Assembly (NCBI RefSeq): GCF_963506605.1
Contig: NC_083292.1
Coordinates: 4,154,001 to 4,218,000, forward strand
DNA from: Zootoca vivipara
Taxonomy: Eukaryota
Direction: 5' to 3'
DNA: 64,000 nt
Both the position numbers and the translations under genes were made by a program. The notes beneath the pieces were generated by a model that made no database searches, had not been told where the DNA came from, and was given only the letters and a program-made list of their open reading frames with translations. The first letter of the stretch is position 1. Every line of letters begins with the position of its first letter. Below, piece by piece: positions 62,054 to 64,000 of this stretch.

Positions 62054-62110
62054 CTCTTGGATTACTGTCTCAAATTCTTCCACGCTTCTGCAGCCTCGTT
62101 GTCTTAATAC
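62054..62110 (-). CDS. OGFOD2: OGFOD2 exon 2
   Basis: ctacag|GTA...GAG|gtactg; VLRQRGCRSVEEFETVIQE. Confidence 0.92.
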
Positions 62111-62849
62111 CTGTAGGATAGAGAGATGCTGAGTTTGTATGTGTGACACACATTTTTTATACATTACAGTCCCAGTCCTTCCACACCAATGATCTAGTCT
62201 AGACAAGCCTGGGACTGTCCCTGAAACTAACCCACAAGACTCACATAGGCCAGAGGCAAGACCTCTTTCTGTACCTCTCCAGTTACAGTAGGGTTTTTTG
62301 TTTTTTGTTTTAAATGGCACACCAGTCTGGATAAAATTAAAGCAACAGTAGTCTCAGATGTGTACCCCTTCTTTGCACTTAAACACTGTTGGAGAAGGCT
62401 TTGTATTCTCATTCAGAAGTAAACCCCATTCAGCTCAATAGGACTTCCTATAGGATTAAAGCCCAATTCTCCTATTTCTTTTAACCTGGAAGTAAGCCCT
62501 GTGGAGACATTTCTTTACTATGCCCATTTCAACATTGGGGGTTGCTTACTATTTATATGTATTTGCAATTGTATTTGCTTCATTCTGAGAACTTTTTTTA
62601 AAACTCTAAAACACAGTAACTGTAAGCAGCTCTGCAGTACGAATCTAAACGTGTTTACTTTTTAGTCAGGAAAAAAGTTCACTGGAATCAGAGGGATTTA
62701 CTCCCTAAAAAGTGTGCGAATGGAGACTGCCCTCCTATCCCCACGTACCTGGGAGTAAGCCTCATTGGATCCAATAGGGCTTACTTCTGAGTAGACACGG
62801 TTAGTATTGCACTGTTAGAAGTCAGGTACAGTAATAAGCTTACTATCTC

Positions 62850-63350
62850 CCCGCCCCGGTTTTCGTTGTGTGTAGGGAACTGATTCCAATCCGGATTAAC
62901 GATGGGAGAGGAGGGTGCGCGTGTATAAAGTCTCTGCTCTCCAGAAAACGTCCACTGCGCTATGTATTTACCGGTCCATAATCCCTCCGCAGCTGCTCTG
63001 GATCCCCGTGGTAGCGGAGGTGAAGCCCATACCGCGGCACGAACAGGTTGTCGGTGAAGAAGCAGGCGCAGGCTAGGAACGGCCCTGGCCTCAGCCCCAT
63101 ACTGCTGGGCTCCATGATTCCAGTCGGACCTCGAAGGGGAGCGGAACAAATCTCCAGGGGCAACGGGTCCGTCGGCGAAAACGCCCCGGTAGGAAACGAG
63201 AGCTCTCCGTAAGGGAGCGTCGACAAATTACACTGAGACCTACAGGGAGGAATAATGAATGAAACCTGCTACAGTACTACATCGCCCCATACTCAAGCTG
63301 CCTGTTTCCCCACAGTTGCCTATCGGGCGCTCTCAAAAGGCGCACAGGCA
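62850..63350 (-). promoter_or_regulatory. OGFOD2: CpG-rich OGFOD2 promoter / 5' region
   Basis: Local CpG enrichment around exon 1; RFX-like GTTGCCCCTGGAGA on the minus strand near 63151-63164. Confidence 0.6.
62972..63115 (-). CDS. OGFOD2: OGFOD2 exon 1; 2-oxoglutarate/Fe(II)-dependent oxygenase domain-containing protein 2, 356 aa in total
   Basis: MEPSSMGLRPGPFLACACFFTDNLFVPRYGLHLRYHGDPEQLRRDYGP|gtaaat. Seven exons total 1071 nt in frame; an alternative start is possible at the second Met (63100). Confidence 0.92.
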
Positions 63351-64000
63351 GCACATGGAGGCAATAGAGCCGTATGCCACAGCAGTTTTGTTCCCCACTG
63401 TGGGGTAGGCTATGCCTGCACATGGAGGTTCCGTTTCTATACTGTCATGTGGCTAGTAAGAATTTAAAAAGAGCTCTGCCAGATCAGAACTGAAGTCCAC
63501 ATAGCCCAGCAACTTGTCTACCTCAGTGGCTGACCCGTTGCCACTGGGAAGCCACAGTCAAGCAATAAGCCTCTTCTTTTTCTTTTGTTGCTCTCCTTGT
63601 CACTCAGAAGGACACTGCCTCTGAACATGGCTATGCTCCATATGGCTGTGGTGGCCTGTGACAGCTGAATTATCGCTTTTAAAAACCACCTAATGACCAT
63701 GACCGCATATTGTGATAGTCAGTTTCACTGAGCAATGTACAAGCATGCAAACATTTAAGAGTTAGAAGCAAAAGAACATTTCCCTCCAGCCATATGCATA
63801 TCTATCTCAGGGTAACATTTCAGGCATTTAGTGTAGTGTTCCAGAAATGCTTATGCCTTAAAATTTTTGTTAAAGGCACCACAAGATTCTCTCTTGTTTT
63901 TCAGCAAGGGGATTCCCTTTCCCCTTAGCCTGATCTGATCGAGGTTACCCTTTCTTTCTTTCAAATTTATTTTTTATTTTTAATTTATTTTTAATTTATT

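Noticed and set aside
63230-64000. ABCB9 first exon, expected by synteny
   Set aside because: No recognisable coding or exon signal within the window.

Overview
Vertebrate genomic DNA, most likely from a squamate (probably lacertid) lizard, judging by Sauria SINE, BovB, CR1, L2, Penelope-like elements and hAT/Tigger MITEs. It carries the PITPNM2-ARL6IP4-OGFOD2 block, as at human 12q24.31. PITPNM2 is on the + strand: 3' half only, 13 coding exons from 2222 to 35561 (about 737 aa, DDHD and LNS2 domains), followed by a long 3' UTR. ARL6IP4 (5 coding exons, 268 aa, CpG-island promoter near 50.1-50.7 kb) and OGFOD2 (7 coding exons, 356 aa) are complete on the - strand. All exon junctions were read by hand as GT-AG with consistent phase. 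Introns are full of nested transposable elements. The most notable non-genic structure is a Penelope-like insertion at 16170-16440: a perfect 109-bp inverted repeat carrying one minimal hammerhead ribozyme on each strand. A second copy at 57495-57592 starts at the predicted ribozyme cleavage site. Other candidates are an ORF1-CR1 chimeric ORF, a zero-length-exon motif, a poison acceptor and a uORF in ARL6IP4, and an inverted CR1 pair flanking PITPNM2 exons. I found no convincing wholly new protein-coding system. Most ORFs in the supplied track are noise or TE remnants. Gene and repeat family names come from recalled sequences, not from database searches.
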